A stretch of DNA of 64,000 nt from Orbicella franksi (taxonomy: Eukaryota), in NCBI GenBank assembly GCA_964199315.1, contig OZ116699.1, positions 15,314,001 to 15,378,000 of the forward strand. Reading direction: 5' to 3'. This document shows positions 50,583-63,244 of the stretch, piece after piece. The position numbers and the translations under genes were made by a program. The notes beneath the pieces are model-generated. The model was not told the DNA's origin. It did not search any database and saw only the letters and a program-made list of their open reading frames with translations. The number at the start of each line of letters is the position of its first letter. Within the stretch, counting starts at the first letter, position 1.

Positions 50583-50670
50583 AAAAGTAAAGTAAAGTAA
50601 AACCTTTATTTAAGTGTCTATGTGTTTAGCCTAGATAGACTAATTAAGGACGCTAGTAAAAGGCTGAACA
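50583..50670 (-). repeat. Short retroelement 3'-end fragment with (TTTAC)n tail, upstream of HOGA1
   Basis: Minus strand ...GACACTTAAATAAAGGTTTTACTTTACTTTACTTTT. Confidence 0.45.
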
Positions 50671-50919
50671 ATACATTAAGAAGCAATTGCTTCACATCAG
50701 CTTCACATGATCAATCGCATTGATACTACTTTTTTTCGAGAAAAGTGATTGTCCTTAGTGGGGTGGTGTTTTTGGTTGGGGCTTTACTCAGTTCGTGCAG
50801 GTTCGTGTGACTCTCAAATTTTCAAAATTTGCAAAGTAAACCACAGAATACATGTACGAATTGCGGACCCCAAACTAGGACCTACTAAATACTGGTCAGC
50901 GCACAACCTTATTTGCATA

Positions 50920-53900
50920 ATGGCGGCAGCTTTCTTCTTCAAAGCGAATTGCAGAAATTTCTCTCGTATTAACCTGTTGATTTCAAGACAATTGTACTGG
51001 TATAACACAGAAGTCAAGTACAACAGTACAATTTTATCGAGGGCCAATTTGTTGGGACAATTTCAGAAAATGGCAGGCTTTTCGTCCAAAAGTAGTTCAT
51101 CGCTCGATTTGAGTGGAATCTTTCCTCCGATTGTTACACCTTTTGAAGACAATGAGGAAATAAGCTATGGAAAGCTAACGGAGAACTTCAGTAAATGGAA
51201 CGATATTCCATTCAGAGGTAGGAAAGAGTTCCTTACTAAGATCGAAGAGATCGAGAGACTCTCGTTTGAGAGCACTGATCAATTTAGAAAAGTTTTGCAA
51301 TTAATTAAGAAGTATGCTTAATTGTTTAATAAATTAATTGAAAATTATAATCGGAATGACTCGTTCTTGAAATTTCAGAAATGAAAGCATGTTAAACCAA
51401 ACTTTCAGGGCTTCAAAACATCATCTCAAAGATGCATTTTGGTATTATTTGAAGCATAGGGGGCCCAAGCCCAGTATGTGACTGTTGTGGAATACAACGT
51501 AACAAACACTTTATAGAGGGGTTCGCAAAGGGTTTTTGCGTGACGTGTGATCGCCCCCAAATTGGTAGTGTGACACGTGATTGAGACCAAATCGGCTGCA
51601 TGATGTGGGACAGGACATCATAACGTGATGGGTGATTTGCTATTTTACAAGTACGTGATGCGTGATTTACCAATTAGATTTCCGTGATAAGTGAACGTTT
51701 TTTGAACTAGAAGGATACCATTAATTCACGTGAATAGTCAATAGAGTCTCCAAAAAGATCAACAAATTGTGGTACATGTGACACCATTTTCTTGTCTTTT
51801 TCATCCTTTTCTTGACCTCTGATGTCTTTGATCTTCGTGGATCTTCATGGTACTATAGGTCCAAACAATAATTGTTTTGTACAAGGACTATGAGCTTCAG
51901 TATTATTTTTGTCCATTTTGTCGACCAATCATTTTTGGTAGTGCGTCGGACCATATCTGAATCCAGCTATCGTATCAAAGTTTTGAAAGAATGTCATCCC
52001 AGATGGCTGAAACAATTAGAGTTTATGCCACTCGAGAAGACAGTTGTGTAAGCAATGAGAGATTGCACAGGGAAAAAGTTTGTGTACCACTTCATGAAGA
52101 TCATCATAAAGACCTAACTAAATTCAAAAGCCAGGATATGTCATTCACAGACATAAAAACGTTGCAGTACAGGAGGGGATTTGCAGGGATAAAGCTTTGA
52201 CACAAATACTGCCTGTACATCAAAGGATGGCAAAGGTGGCGTAGACGCTTTCTCAGTTTGTATACAAGATCTCTGCCAACTAAGCCTGTGAACACGCTCC
52301 CAACTGTGTTATAGGGGAAGGAATAAAAACAGGTGGGTGAAGATAGCTGAGAGTGGTCTGGAGAGGGAAAAATCCCACCCCGCTAGGTTCGCTTTGCTCA
52401 CCCTATTTAATTTTTTGGCGCTTCTCAGGAACCTGTTCACAGAAGGTGCCAACTCTCCCAGATTATCCAGGAGCAGTCGAAATCTCTCTGTCTCCCGTAT
52501 GGGTCACCACTCATCTATTTTGCCCAATAATTGACATTTTCGGGGGGAAATGTTTGGAATATTTGCCGATTCATTTCTGGGGTTGAAGTGGCAGAATTCT
52601 ACTTTTAACAACGCTTTTAGGGTTGAAAAAGTAAAATTTGTGATGCACTTACAGTACTTCTGTTTATCTGATGCGTGATTGGTGAAAAAACTCTCTGTGA
52701 TGCACGATTTAATAGAAAAATTCAGCGTGATGCGTGATTGGTACACTCCCCTTTGCCACCCTCTTTAGAATTTGTATGGGAAATTATCTTTAGGCCTAAA
52801 TATACTAAAATAAACTATGAGTGTGCAAATAAACTTCACTCACCTCAACATAGGGTTGTCTCTGTGTCTTTGATGCAACTTGGGCTCAATTTATGTCCAG
52901 TTTAGACCATTTTGTGCCTTACAAATGTTTGCGATGTCGTTGGTTAGCGTCTCCCCTCATAAACCGAAGCTTCACTTATATATAGGCCTAGGCCTAAATA
53001 TAGGTATATTTAGGCCTAAAGTTAATTTCCCATACAAATTGCTATAAAGTGTTTGTTGCATTATATTTAGCCGCAACAGTCACATACTGAGCTAATGGGC
53101 CGCCTGTGTTTGAAGCAGTGTCATCAAAAATATACTGTGTTCAATATTATAATGCAAAAAGTATAATTCAAAATGTTTAAATTGCAATTTATTTGATATC
53201 AAACCTACAGAATATTTTCTGGTACATTCTACTCACCATACACCATCATAAGGCATAAAATGCTATATAAGATTTTTCATGTCATATCAGGTGGCACAAA
53301 ATTTGTGTTGTACTCATTTTTGTCTCCATGGATATATCGACTGCTTTAAGAAATACTTAATACCAAAGCTCAATCCATTTCCAACTGGTGTAATTGTCAT
53401 ATCAAGGGAAATAAGGGAAAACTGTTTTTATTTCCAATCAGCTTTTTAAAAAAAGCTGATAATTTGAAAATAGTTGCTATGGTCCAGAAATAACTGTATC
53501 AAGACACCTTAAATACTGGCCCAAGCAATCTTTTTACACTGCTAGATGTTATTGCAACTCATCGGTGACATTTTTAGACATGATTCACATTTGTACCCCA
53601 TTTATAATTTTAACTTTAGCTAAGGTATATTTTATTGTGTAAATAGTGTCCCCAATTAGTTTTTTATGCTAAACAGTATTGACACTTTTCTAGCCTTTGG
53701 AACTCTAAAGTAACCTCATGTCTTTGTTTTGTGAGAAATTTCAGTCAGATTTAAGTTCTCTTTCAACCAGTGAAATCAGGCTGAGCTGACTCTTAACGAG
53801 AGTACCATGTTCCATTTTAACACTTTGTTATACTTATATTTGTCAATGTGTTATTTTAAGGGGGTCCTTCTTAACTACAGATTTAGAGCTGTTACTAAGG

Positions 53901-56900
53901 GATTGCTGAAAGCAATATTTAGAGGAAAGCTATTTTGGAGTGTTTTGCAGTGCTTATAAATGGTGAATTATATATGAGGGAACATTTGCTTTGGAAAACA
54001 TGTGATTACTCTTTTGTAACTAGTGCCAGTCCCAAACTGCACATTAGAATTTTAAATTCCTAAAACTCAGAGGAAAAGAGGAAGAGTTCTGATTTTCTTA
54101 TGAATCATAAATAACATACAGTAGCCTTCTGTTTAATCATACACACAGAATTACTGTTCACACATAAAAGAGGAAAGCTATTGTAGAAAGTTAAGTACAT
54201 GGACATTCTTAATCTATTGAAACTGATTTAACTTTTTGCATGTAGATGCCTTTTAAGTTTTAGGGTTTTTCTAGTCTGGTCATGTGACTTGTCAAATGTG
54301 GCCGTGATTTGAAGCTTTTGCAGGACTCTTCAATGGAACAAACCTGTGTAAAAAGTTTATCCTGAGGAGGTCTGGTTTTCAAAACCTTCCTTAGCAACAA
54401 ATTCATGATCAATTGTTAGTAAATTAAGAAGGATCCCCTTTCAACATATTCATATTTTGAACAAAGCACTTAGCTTCCTCAGATCGCGTGGGCCAAAATT
54501 CACTACCTTATTTTTTCCCAAAATATATCTCACACAATCAAGGGGCTGGGTTCAAGGTCACCATTATATTATTTTGGAATTTTAAGTACCTTATTCATAT
54601 ATGCTTTCAAACATGGAAAGATGCAACTAAAATTAAAGCTGCTCAGGGAAGGGGGTTTGCCAAGGACTGTGGCTCTTAGTTAATTTCTATTCGTAAGGCA
54701 AGGGTGAAGATCACAACAATTTTTGTGATAGTATATTATTTTTAATTCAAAAGAAACTAGATGAAAACTCAAAATATAAATTCAGTATGGTACAAACTCT
54801 AAAAATAAACAGGAATTGTTAAGGTTTGTGTACATTTAGATTACATGTAATTACTAATGACTATGCTGTGAAATTAGAGCTTAATTTTTCCAAGATACAT
54901 GCTTCATAAGTGATGTGACTCCATCAGGAGAGAATTTGTGATCCACAAGGACAGACTTTAAGGGAGCTTAAAGACCCAGTATTGGCCATTATGCTTTGCG
55001 CGTCTCTGTTGTTGTTTTGGTTTTCAAGGGAGTGAGGCGTCTATAGTTTTCGAGTTCTATTCTGGCAACAAACAAGAGAATCCCCAGGATTTTCAACGTC
55101 ACAAAAACGGCTGCCAAGAGATTGCAGTGTGCAGTGCACAATGAGCAATACTGAGTCTTTAAGAAGTTGCGTATAGAGTGGAGTCTAAAAATATTGTACT
55201 GTGACAATGTTACATAGTAACCTCCCAGTTGTTACAACTGAGTTTTTTTCAGTTAGTGCACATGGTGACAATATCTATAGAGAACATCCTTGTTTACAAT
55301 CTGCTTTAAGCTTTAATTAACCTTGGTCTCCCTTAACACTAGGATATTGATCTAGGTCTCTTTGCTGTCAGAAATATCATACTATTGAAATGTTGCTTCC
55401 GCAATTAAAAATAGAAGCTAGAATTATATACAGAATTAAATATCTATGTGATGATTATTGATCACAAAAAATTTCATTTAGACCTGTTGAGGACTTTCTT
55501 AACATGCTTCCTAAAACCAGGGTATCAACTTGAGATCTATGCAGCCGTGCAGCAAACTACAAAATGATATAATGTTGATAAATTTCATATCAACAGTGAT
55601 TAATTACTGATTTTTAAGAAACACATATCATAATATATATAGGACAGAGCATATTAATGTCCCATTGATACATCCAATATATATTTTACCACCTGTTTAA
55701 TAATGATCATGAGACTGCAAGTCTATTTTAAACAGACACAGGCATCTTATCTAATTAACGTGTTACGTGAGGCGTCGACTGATGTATTTGGGTGTTTCAG
55801 GGATGCATTATCCATGTTGTCTTTGCCGTCATAAACAGTGTTGAACATTGTTTTGAGTGTTCAGGCAAACATTCCATGTGAATAATATTGAAGTAGTGTT
55901 GAAAATAAAAGTACATTCTAATCATTACTAAAAATGTAGTGAAGGTGTCTCATGTCAATATTCATTCAAAAGATTGATTTAATGACCTATGTTTATATTT
56001 AACTAATTAGTCCCACAGGAAATTGGTACAGGTAATAAACAATATCAAATGTGATGCTGTATTGGAACAACAACTTTTCTATTTACAACAATCATGTTTT
56101 CCTGTATTTGAAAACAGTGAATCAGTGTAAACCCTATTTAGTGCGAGCCTTTTTTCGTTTGTGAGCCTGGGTAGATAAGAGGGAGGTGGGCGGAGGAAGG
56201 GGCTCTTTGTGTTCCCTGTCTATGTATCTCCAAAAGTATTGACAACATAGTAAACAAACTTACATGGTATGTCAAGCATCCAATGTTGTTTGGTGATAAT
56301 CACCTGTCAGTCATTATGTCATATCAAGCATGAATGCTGTCACGTTTCAAAAGTCTGTTGTCTTGGAACTATGATCTTAGATCAGAACAGGTCCAGAATT
56401 GATTAATAAAAAACATCAGAAAGAATATCACAATAGTTAACAAGAATTGTAAAGTTTTTGTAATAAAATATTTCTAAATTTCAAAACAAAACAGATTATA
56501 ATGCTAAAAATTAGTGACAAAAATAGAGTATGTCTACATGAAGGCATTTATAACATTAGCCTCAAAACCCTTAATTTCATTAACATTTAACCTGTTTTAC
56601 TTTCTTTCCTTGTTATAGATAAGTTACTCCATTTTTCAGAGCTAGCAAAGATTGTTTTGGCAAAGAAGCAAATAATATTTATTTGCACTTTAATTGTGTT
56701 GCAGGATATGTCGTTCAAGGCTCCAATGGTGAATATGCATATATGAGACCCGAAGAGAAGATTGATTTAGTACGGAAGGTGAGAGAACTTACACCAAGAG
56801 ACAAACTTATTCTGGCAGGGTCAGGTTGTGAAGGTAAGAAAATAACACGTTTTAGGATTCATGCAATGTTTGTTCTTATTCTAGGGACTATTTTGACTTG

Positions 56901-59743
56901 TGGTTTTGGCATCAAAGGAACCTTAAATTTTGCAAATTTATCTGTCTTCATCCTCCCCATCCATTTTCTTTTATCTGTTGTTATATCTGTTAATCACATC
57001 TACTTCAGCATATCATCATTTGAAGATCATTTTGTGCTCCACAGAAACTAATTTAATTAGTGCATCATGTGACACAATGCATGTCTAGACTTGGACAGCA
57101 TTTCCTAGAAGATCTTGAGAATCCACTGATATGTGGAACTGTTCTTTAAAAAATGACAATTTTTTTTTTCTATTCTTGAGGCCCCATTACAGAGGAGGGG
57201 GGGGGGGGGCTGATTATCTCACATCTGATTAATTTTTGGCCGAAATATCCTGTATCCTGTTTATTCCAGTTGAAACAGTTTATGATTTTCTACCCAACAT
57301 CCCATTTTATCTGATCTCAATATCCAATATCCCATTAATTCCCCTCCCACCCGGTCCCCTCAAATACCCACTATCTTGTTACTTTTTTTTTACCTAAATA
57401 TCCCTTATCTGGAAAACCCCTAATAAGACCTCTTCTCGTAACTAACTTTCCTTGTTTCACATACAGCTACAAGGGACACCATAGAAATGACAAATAAAAT
57501 GGCTGAGGCAGGTGCTGACGCAGCACTTGTTGTGACTCCTTGTTTTTACAAGAATGGGATGACATCTGAAGCTTTGGAGAAGCACTTTACCAAGGTATAT
57601 TAATTTTAACACTCGTAAGTCCAATTTATCATTCTGAAAGAATAAGAAGATTGGAAAAAGTCAATGCAAGAATAAGAAGGTCACATGAAGTACAAGCAAG
57701 ACTGAAAAACAAAATCCCCCAAAAAATTGTCCACCCTCCCCAGTCAGTCATACAATCTTTATGGTGTTGCTGCAGTAATTTCATTAATTAACAAATGTAT
57801 TTTTCACTAGGTTGCTGACAGTTCTCCAATTCCTGTTATCCTGTACAGTGTACCAGCAAATACTGGAATCGATTTGCCTGCAGACTGCATAATCAAATTA
57901 TCTTCACACCCTAACATCATTGCACTTAAGGATAGCGGAGGGGATGTATGTAAACACCCATCATATTACAAAGATCAGAGTTAGTATCTGACTGATTCAA
58001 ACCAACGTGATTGGTTCTCTATGCAATAAGCCAATCAGAACTCGAAGAAAACCTTTTACTCCTTACCAGCTTGTAATCGGTGAAAAGCGCGGGAAAAGTC
58101 ACGTGGGCCAGTTCACGGTTTGACTTTTACATCTGATTGGCCTAAAGGGTAACTTATTTGTTCTGATTGGTCAGAGGTTTTGTACGAACAGTCCCTCTCT
58201 ATCCAGCGAAAAAAGGGCGAGAAGGAAAAAAATGACCGCACGAAATCCGAAGGTGATACACGCGGATAAAGAGAATCTCGTTCCCTTTTGCGTGGTCGAA
58301 AAAGATAAGTCTACGAGAAATTCTTTTTCAGGAGGTAAAAATGAAAACTTTAAAATTCTTTTAAAATTCTAAGCACAGTATCAGTTTTTGTTTCCCAATA
58401 AAATTGCTTTTCTGATGATCTTTTCCCCCTATCAAATACAAGATTTATTTTAATATGTTTGTTTTTTCAGATCACCAAGATCGGTTACGTTATCCACAAG
58501 ACCACTGGAAGCAATTTCCAAGTTTTAGCTGGATCAGCAAGTTTCCTGTTCGCTTCTTACTGTCTTGGTAAGTCGTCGTGCGCGGTAACAACCAAACACA
58601 ACCCGAAGTACACCCGAAAGGTTTCCGAGTTAAACAAACAAACAAAAAAAAAACAATCAGAATTCTGCGCGGACCCTCACGAAAAGACGTAACTTTGTCA
58701 CATGAAATTGTTTTGTTACTTAGCAACATCTTTTGCAAATCACATGTTTGAGCAAACACTGAGCGGAACTCGCCCCCAAGTGGGAACTGAAAAACAAGCA
58801 ATAAACAATGTACCTGTGGCACTTTCATTGCCCGTATGATAGCTAGAGATTCTGGGATGTGAATTGTCTAATGATGTAATTAGTACCGATACGACCTTCT
58901 GCTTTTTCACGGAAACTCTCTTTGAAGCCTCATTTTTGAGGGAGAGTGGGGTTGGGGGGGGGGGGGAGGGGGGGGAAATTCTGAGTATCCCATGTCCCAA
59001 TAATTTTTGCCTAAAAATCCCGTATACCATTAGTTCAAATTTCAAAAATTAGCAATTTTCCTTCTCGATATGTCAGGATATCTGTTCTAAATATCCCTTA
59101 ATATTATCGCATTAATTTTCTACCCAAATATCCCGAAATCCCCTGATGGGGTCTCCTTTTTATTACTGCTTTAAGGTGCCGTTGGTGGTGTGTGCGCTTT
59201 GGCGAATGTTCTGGGAAGGGAAGTTTGTAAACTCCACGAATTGCACAAACATGGCAAAATGGAAGAAGCTAAGCTTCTGCAGCACAAGTTAATTCTTCCA
59301 AACACAGCGGTGAGTGAATTGTTTATATTTGAATCTCTATCGTGACTCTATCTTTTCATGTTGATTATCTCCTTATGTGTTCGTAATTTTTCGTTCCTTA
59401 CTTGTTCGATCTTCGGGTACCGTCGTCGGATCGGTTTCGTGCTTGAAAATGCAGCGCTGCCGTGATCCAATCAAATTGGTAATCGTCGGTAATTTTTCGG
59501 CAATGTACTAGTGAGTAGTCGTAAGCTTTCCGTTCCCTTTTCATTGACATAAATCGTTTGACGTTATGTTCTGTTCTATATCTTCAGGTGACTAAGACAT
59601 TGGGTGTTCCAGGACTGAAGAAATCCATGGAGTTTTTCGGCTACTATGGCGGACCGACAAGATCTCCACTTCTACCACTGAAAGATCCCCAGATAGCCGA
59701 ATTAAGAGACATTTTCAAACTGTTTGGAGGATACCAGGATTAA
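50920..59743 (+). CDS. HOGA1: 4-hydroxy-2-oxoglutarate aldolase, mitochondrial (DHDPS/class I aldolase family), 7 exons, about 358 aa
   Basis: Exons 50920-51217, 56705-56833, 57467-57594, 57811-57945, 58471-58567, 59176-59309, 59588-59743; GT-AG and in phase (1077 nt). Motifs [43 protein letters not shown], Schiff-base lysine in [41 protein letters not shown] at about 59866. Confidence 0.97.
51515..52763. mobile_element. Non-autonomous DNA transposon in HOGA1 intron 1
   Basis: Termini AGAGGGGTTCGCAAAGGG / CCCTTTGCCACCCTCT; many (G)CGTGAT subterminal repeats at both ends. Confidence 0.6.
52765..53044. mobile_element. MITE with about 40-bp TIRs abutting the previous element
   Basis: TAGAATTTGTATGGGAAATTATCTTTAGGCCTAAATATAC / GTATATTTAGGCCTAAAGTTAATTTCCCATACAAATTGCTA. 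Confidence 0.8.
54972..55158. mobile_element. TTAA-flanked MITE in HOGA1 intron 1
   Basis: TTAA|AGACCCAGTATTG ... CAATACTGAGTCT|TTAA. Confidence 0.75.
57178..57432. mobile_element. G-run/ATATCCC-repeat MITE in HOGA1 intron 2
   Basis: GAGGCCCCATTAC..poly-G ... CCCCTAATAAGACCTC; repeated ATATCC(C); same family as 58938-59155. Confidence 0.65.
58938..59155. mobile_element. G-run/ATATCCC-repeat MITE in HOGA1 intron 5
   Basis: Poly-G start, repeated ATATCCC, ends CCCCTGATGGGGTCTC 20 nt before the exon 6 acceptor. Confidence 0.65.
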
Positions 59744-60277
59744 ATTACCAGCTGTAAATGCGCTACCATTATCAAACTAGTCTATTTTTCTAGAGAGAAG
59801 TATCGGCATATTACTGACAACGAGTGTGAAATCTTTTATTAATATATATATGAACAAAACTGTGCAATAAAATATATGGGTTTTTAGTACCAGAAAAATC
59901 ACATACCAGCACGTACTTAGTTACTCAGCGACCCACATTTTTTTGCCGAAATGCGCATGGTTTGTGATTTCCGCTGGAAGATTCACCACTTTAGATACGA
60001 GAAGAAACCTGGGACGAGTACCATCTCGCAGTCGCTTGTGGGATCGTCACTGGGGACGATATAGCTTCTCGTCCTTTGTTTTGTCTCCAGAAACGGTCCC
60101 ACAAGCCAGTGCGAGAAGCGACTTACCCCAGGTTAAGTTTCTTCCTCTTTCTAAAGTAGCGAATAGGCCGTTTTATGCTGTGTATTTAGTACTAAAAGAA
60201 ACGTACCGTTTTGGTGGTGGTTTTGTTTTTGTGTGTGGAGAGAAAAAAATCAGTGATGTGTTCAAGTTGATTCATTA

Positions 60278-60419
60278 GAGCAGTTTTCAACTGAGTGTCG
60301 TAAAACCAAAACCAAGCCAATTACTTGCCTAATAGACTTCTCAGCCAATTTCAAACCGTAGTAAAACCAAAACCAAAGTAATTGCCTGATTACTTTCGAC
60401 ACTCAATTAAAAACCACTC
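60278..60419. mobile_element. Short copy of the GAGCGG MITE family with TA flanks
   Basis: TA|GAGCAGTTTTCAACTGAGTGTCG ... CGACACTCAATTAAAAACCACTC|TA. Confidence 0.75.
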
Positions 60420-61919
60420 TACTTTCAATAAATCAACAACAATAAAACACCTTAAATTTGGTGTGGTGTGTGATTGGCATTGAACCTTTTGTGGTTATAA
60501 TTTTTTAGAGTTTTAGACTCACTAAATCGGGAGGTGAGGACTGTGGTGCCTTTAATAATTTTACGTTCATTATCTGCCTCAGAAACCTATAACTCGCTCA
60601 AAGGGTTCATGTGAGCAGCTGGTTCTGTCTCCTACATACTTGCAGTAAAATTGATTGATGTAAAATAAATCACAATGTAACTGAATAATGAGAGCAAAAT
60701 GCTGAAGTTATTTGCGTTTTTTTGAACGAAATAAAAATTTCAAATGCCTCATTTTTTTATTTTTTTTAATGTGGGGATTCGACCAAACCCCCCGAATCCC
60801 CCCTCCCTCTTTATTCCCCCCCCCCCTAGATCACTATAGACTCATATTCTGAGGAATTTAGAGAGAAAAAGAAAACTATTAGCATGATTTTAAAGCACTT
60901 GAAATTGCTTTCTACTTTTTGTATTTTTCTAGTCATAACGATGTAAGCTAAATGTAAGAAAATTTGCCCAGTCCAATACAAACTCTATTCTGATTGGCCA
61001 ATTGTACCTATTTGCCCACTTAGCGATCTTAGTCGTACAATAAAGCGAAAAAATCAAGCACCCCTTATAATTGTCAGCGTCGGCTTTCGGTCCCAGCTAA
61101 TAACACAAATTTCGGATTTTTCACTACTGGACATTTACTTTCAACCTCGGCATGTTGCTCATCGTCATTCACATTAGAGTTGTTTTAGCAGTTTCTTAAA
61201 GTTGAGCAAGTTTCTTTCGCGTCATGTCTCTGACTGTCTGATCTCGTTAAGGAAAATACAATAAAAATATAACCCTTTCTTTGTGATCTGATCAACAGAG
61301 TGTCATCCGGTTGGGCCAGACAAAGGACGTTCTGGAACCCATGTGCAAACAACAATTTGTAATGAGATTCTTCTGCCAAAAAACACTCTAGAGTTTCTTT
61401 AAGAAGTATAATACGCTCGCCGTTGATGTCTGTAAACTTTAACAAACGTTCACTGGCGATTTCGGTTCAGCATAATATTTAAATGATAAATTAGGTATGG
61501 ACAATTATCACCTCAAATAGCAGTCAGCTCAGTTTTATTACCAAGGCAATTAGGTTCTGAGTTTACTTACGCTATTTGCAAATACTTTCTATAGCCTGAC
61601 AAATCACAAATGGCGTTATCCCTTTTCTCACCTATTCCAGGCACAAAATTACCAATTTAATCACGTCTCGACGGCAATGAAGGTTTTTTGTACTTCAAAT
61701 GAAGATTACCTTCAATTAGCGATCAAAGAGCAAGCAAAATTGCATATTATTTGGCTAACAACATTCACATTGTTGTCATTGTTGCATCAAACTTAATGTC
61801 AACTAGCTTTTTCAGATTCAATTTCCTCTCCCAGTTTCTCTCTAAATATAATGTAGTTATTCCCGTGCCTTCTTGCTTTTATCAATACCGAGTTGGTTTC
61901 AGTTGGTCGCACAAGGTTT

Positions 61920-62423
61920 TTACTTTGGTAGCCTTGGGCTCACTGGTTTCTTCGCCAAATGTACACTCTTGGCTCGTTTATGAATTTCGCTTCCTCCAGA
62001 TGCCAATTTTGTTGGCTTAACAACAGGCAAAGACTCCATTGATCTAGCTTTTCTTATTGGATTTGCATTGGGAACATCTAGTCTTGAGCTTCTAAGCGGT
62101 GTTAAGCACTGCTGTTTCAGAGCACTCTGAATATTCTCTATCGGTGATTTGGACGCGTCGTAATGTCCCGTATAACTGCGGCGAACCTTCTTCAAGTCAT
62201 CCAAAATTTCATTACGCTGCTGTCGAATCTGGAATTTTTCTCTTTTCTCCTTCTTCGTCAGGCCTGTGAACTCTTTATGATGTCTCCAATCTTCTACTTT
62301 AGCGTTGCCTTTTAAAGTTCTTTTATCAAGGTCCGCAGCCAATAGGGTGTGTTGGCGATCGATTTCTTGTTGCGTACGGCCATCCCGGGAGCGGATCTTC
62401 TGTCGCGCTGAATTGTGAGCCAT
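61920..62423 (-). CDS. Uncharacterised basic 167-aa protein (single coding exon)
   Basis: ATG-initiated 504-nt ORF with protein-like composition and a predicted helical, charged central region. Acceptor (cttgtttcattcag) 12 nt upstream of the ATG and a donor (GAG|GTAACA) near 62570 suggest a 5' UTR intron. No family recognised. Confidence 0.6.
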   Translation of the reverse strand: MAHNSARQKIRSRDGRTQQEIDRQHTLLAADLDKRTLKGNAKVEDWRHHKEFTGLTKKEKREKFQIRQQRNEILDDLKKVRRSYTGHYDASKSPIENIQSALKQQCLTPLRSSRLDVPNANPIRKARSMESLPVVKPTKLASGGSEIHKRAKSVHLAKKPVSPRLPK

Positions 62424-62762
62424 GAAACTAAACGTCTGAATGAAACAAGTACGGCGGAATAATTAATGTTTTCCTTTGTTTCTCCAGACGGCAGCGTGGA
62501 AATTCTGTCAGGAGGTGGTGGACAGAAACGGTGCCTTTGAATTCTTGGAGCAATTAATGTGAATTGTTACCTCGTCAGTACTGGCGTGTAGTTAGATATA
62601 TTAGCTTCATCTGTTCCGTGCGGAAGTACATTTAAGCTTGTCTGTAATCTAATTCAAGGCAGTTATGAATTGTTTTAACATTATGTTTTATGCCCAAGTA
62701 CTTTGTTTAATGACGACATTAAGTGACGTCGAGCATGCATTGTGCAGTTCCCTTGTTAGCTG

Positions 62763-62776
62763 GTTGCTACGGAAAC
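62763..62776. promoter_or_regulatory. RFX X-box candidate upstream of the 167-aa gene
   Basis: GTTGCTACGGAAAC fits the RFX consensus RYYNYY(WW)RRNRAC except for one central base. Confidence 0.55.
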
Positions 62777-63244
62777 TGCATGCAAATGAGAAGCAGAAAA
62801 AACTTAAATCACATATTTAAAGTGTAATAAGTTACCCAGGAAAACCCATCAGTGACTGCATGCTTTCTAATACCTAAGAGAAGCAAGTGTTTTATGAATA
62901 AATGTCTTCTCATACAGTGCAGTTTGACACTCAGTAATCCTGCTATTGTTTCATCTTAAAATGTTGGTCACGAGAGCTTATGAGTGACCAACTGACAAAA
63001 GTAACTATATGACATTTGACACAACAGACTTTCTTGCAATTATACTTCTTGGTTTTTAATTCAGTTTCGTTCCTGGAAACATCTATCTACCGAACCTTGA
63101 TATTGTTCACGTGATGCTGGCACAAGTTTTATCGCTTGTACAACAGAGTACTTGTATCATGAATCGTGCTTTATCTCACGATCATGAATAACACAACCAA
63201 TCACAAAGATTTACAACCAGATTATGTTATCATTCGATGTATCT

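Noticed and set aside
50749-50919. Upstream extension of the HOGA1 ORF from a TTG
   Set aside because: A non-ATG start is unlikely in an animal; the first ATG at 50920 gives a normal transit peptide.
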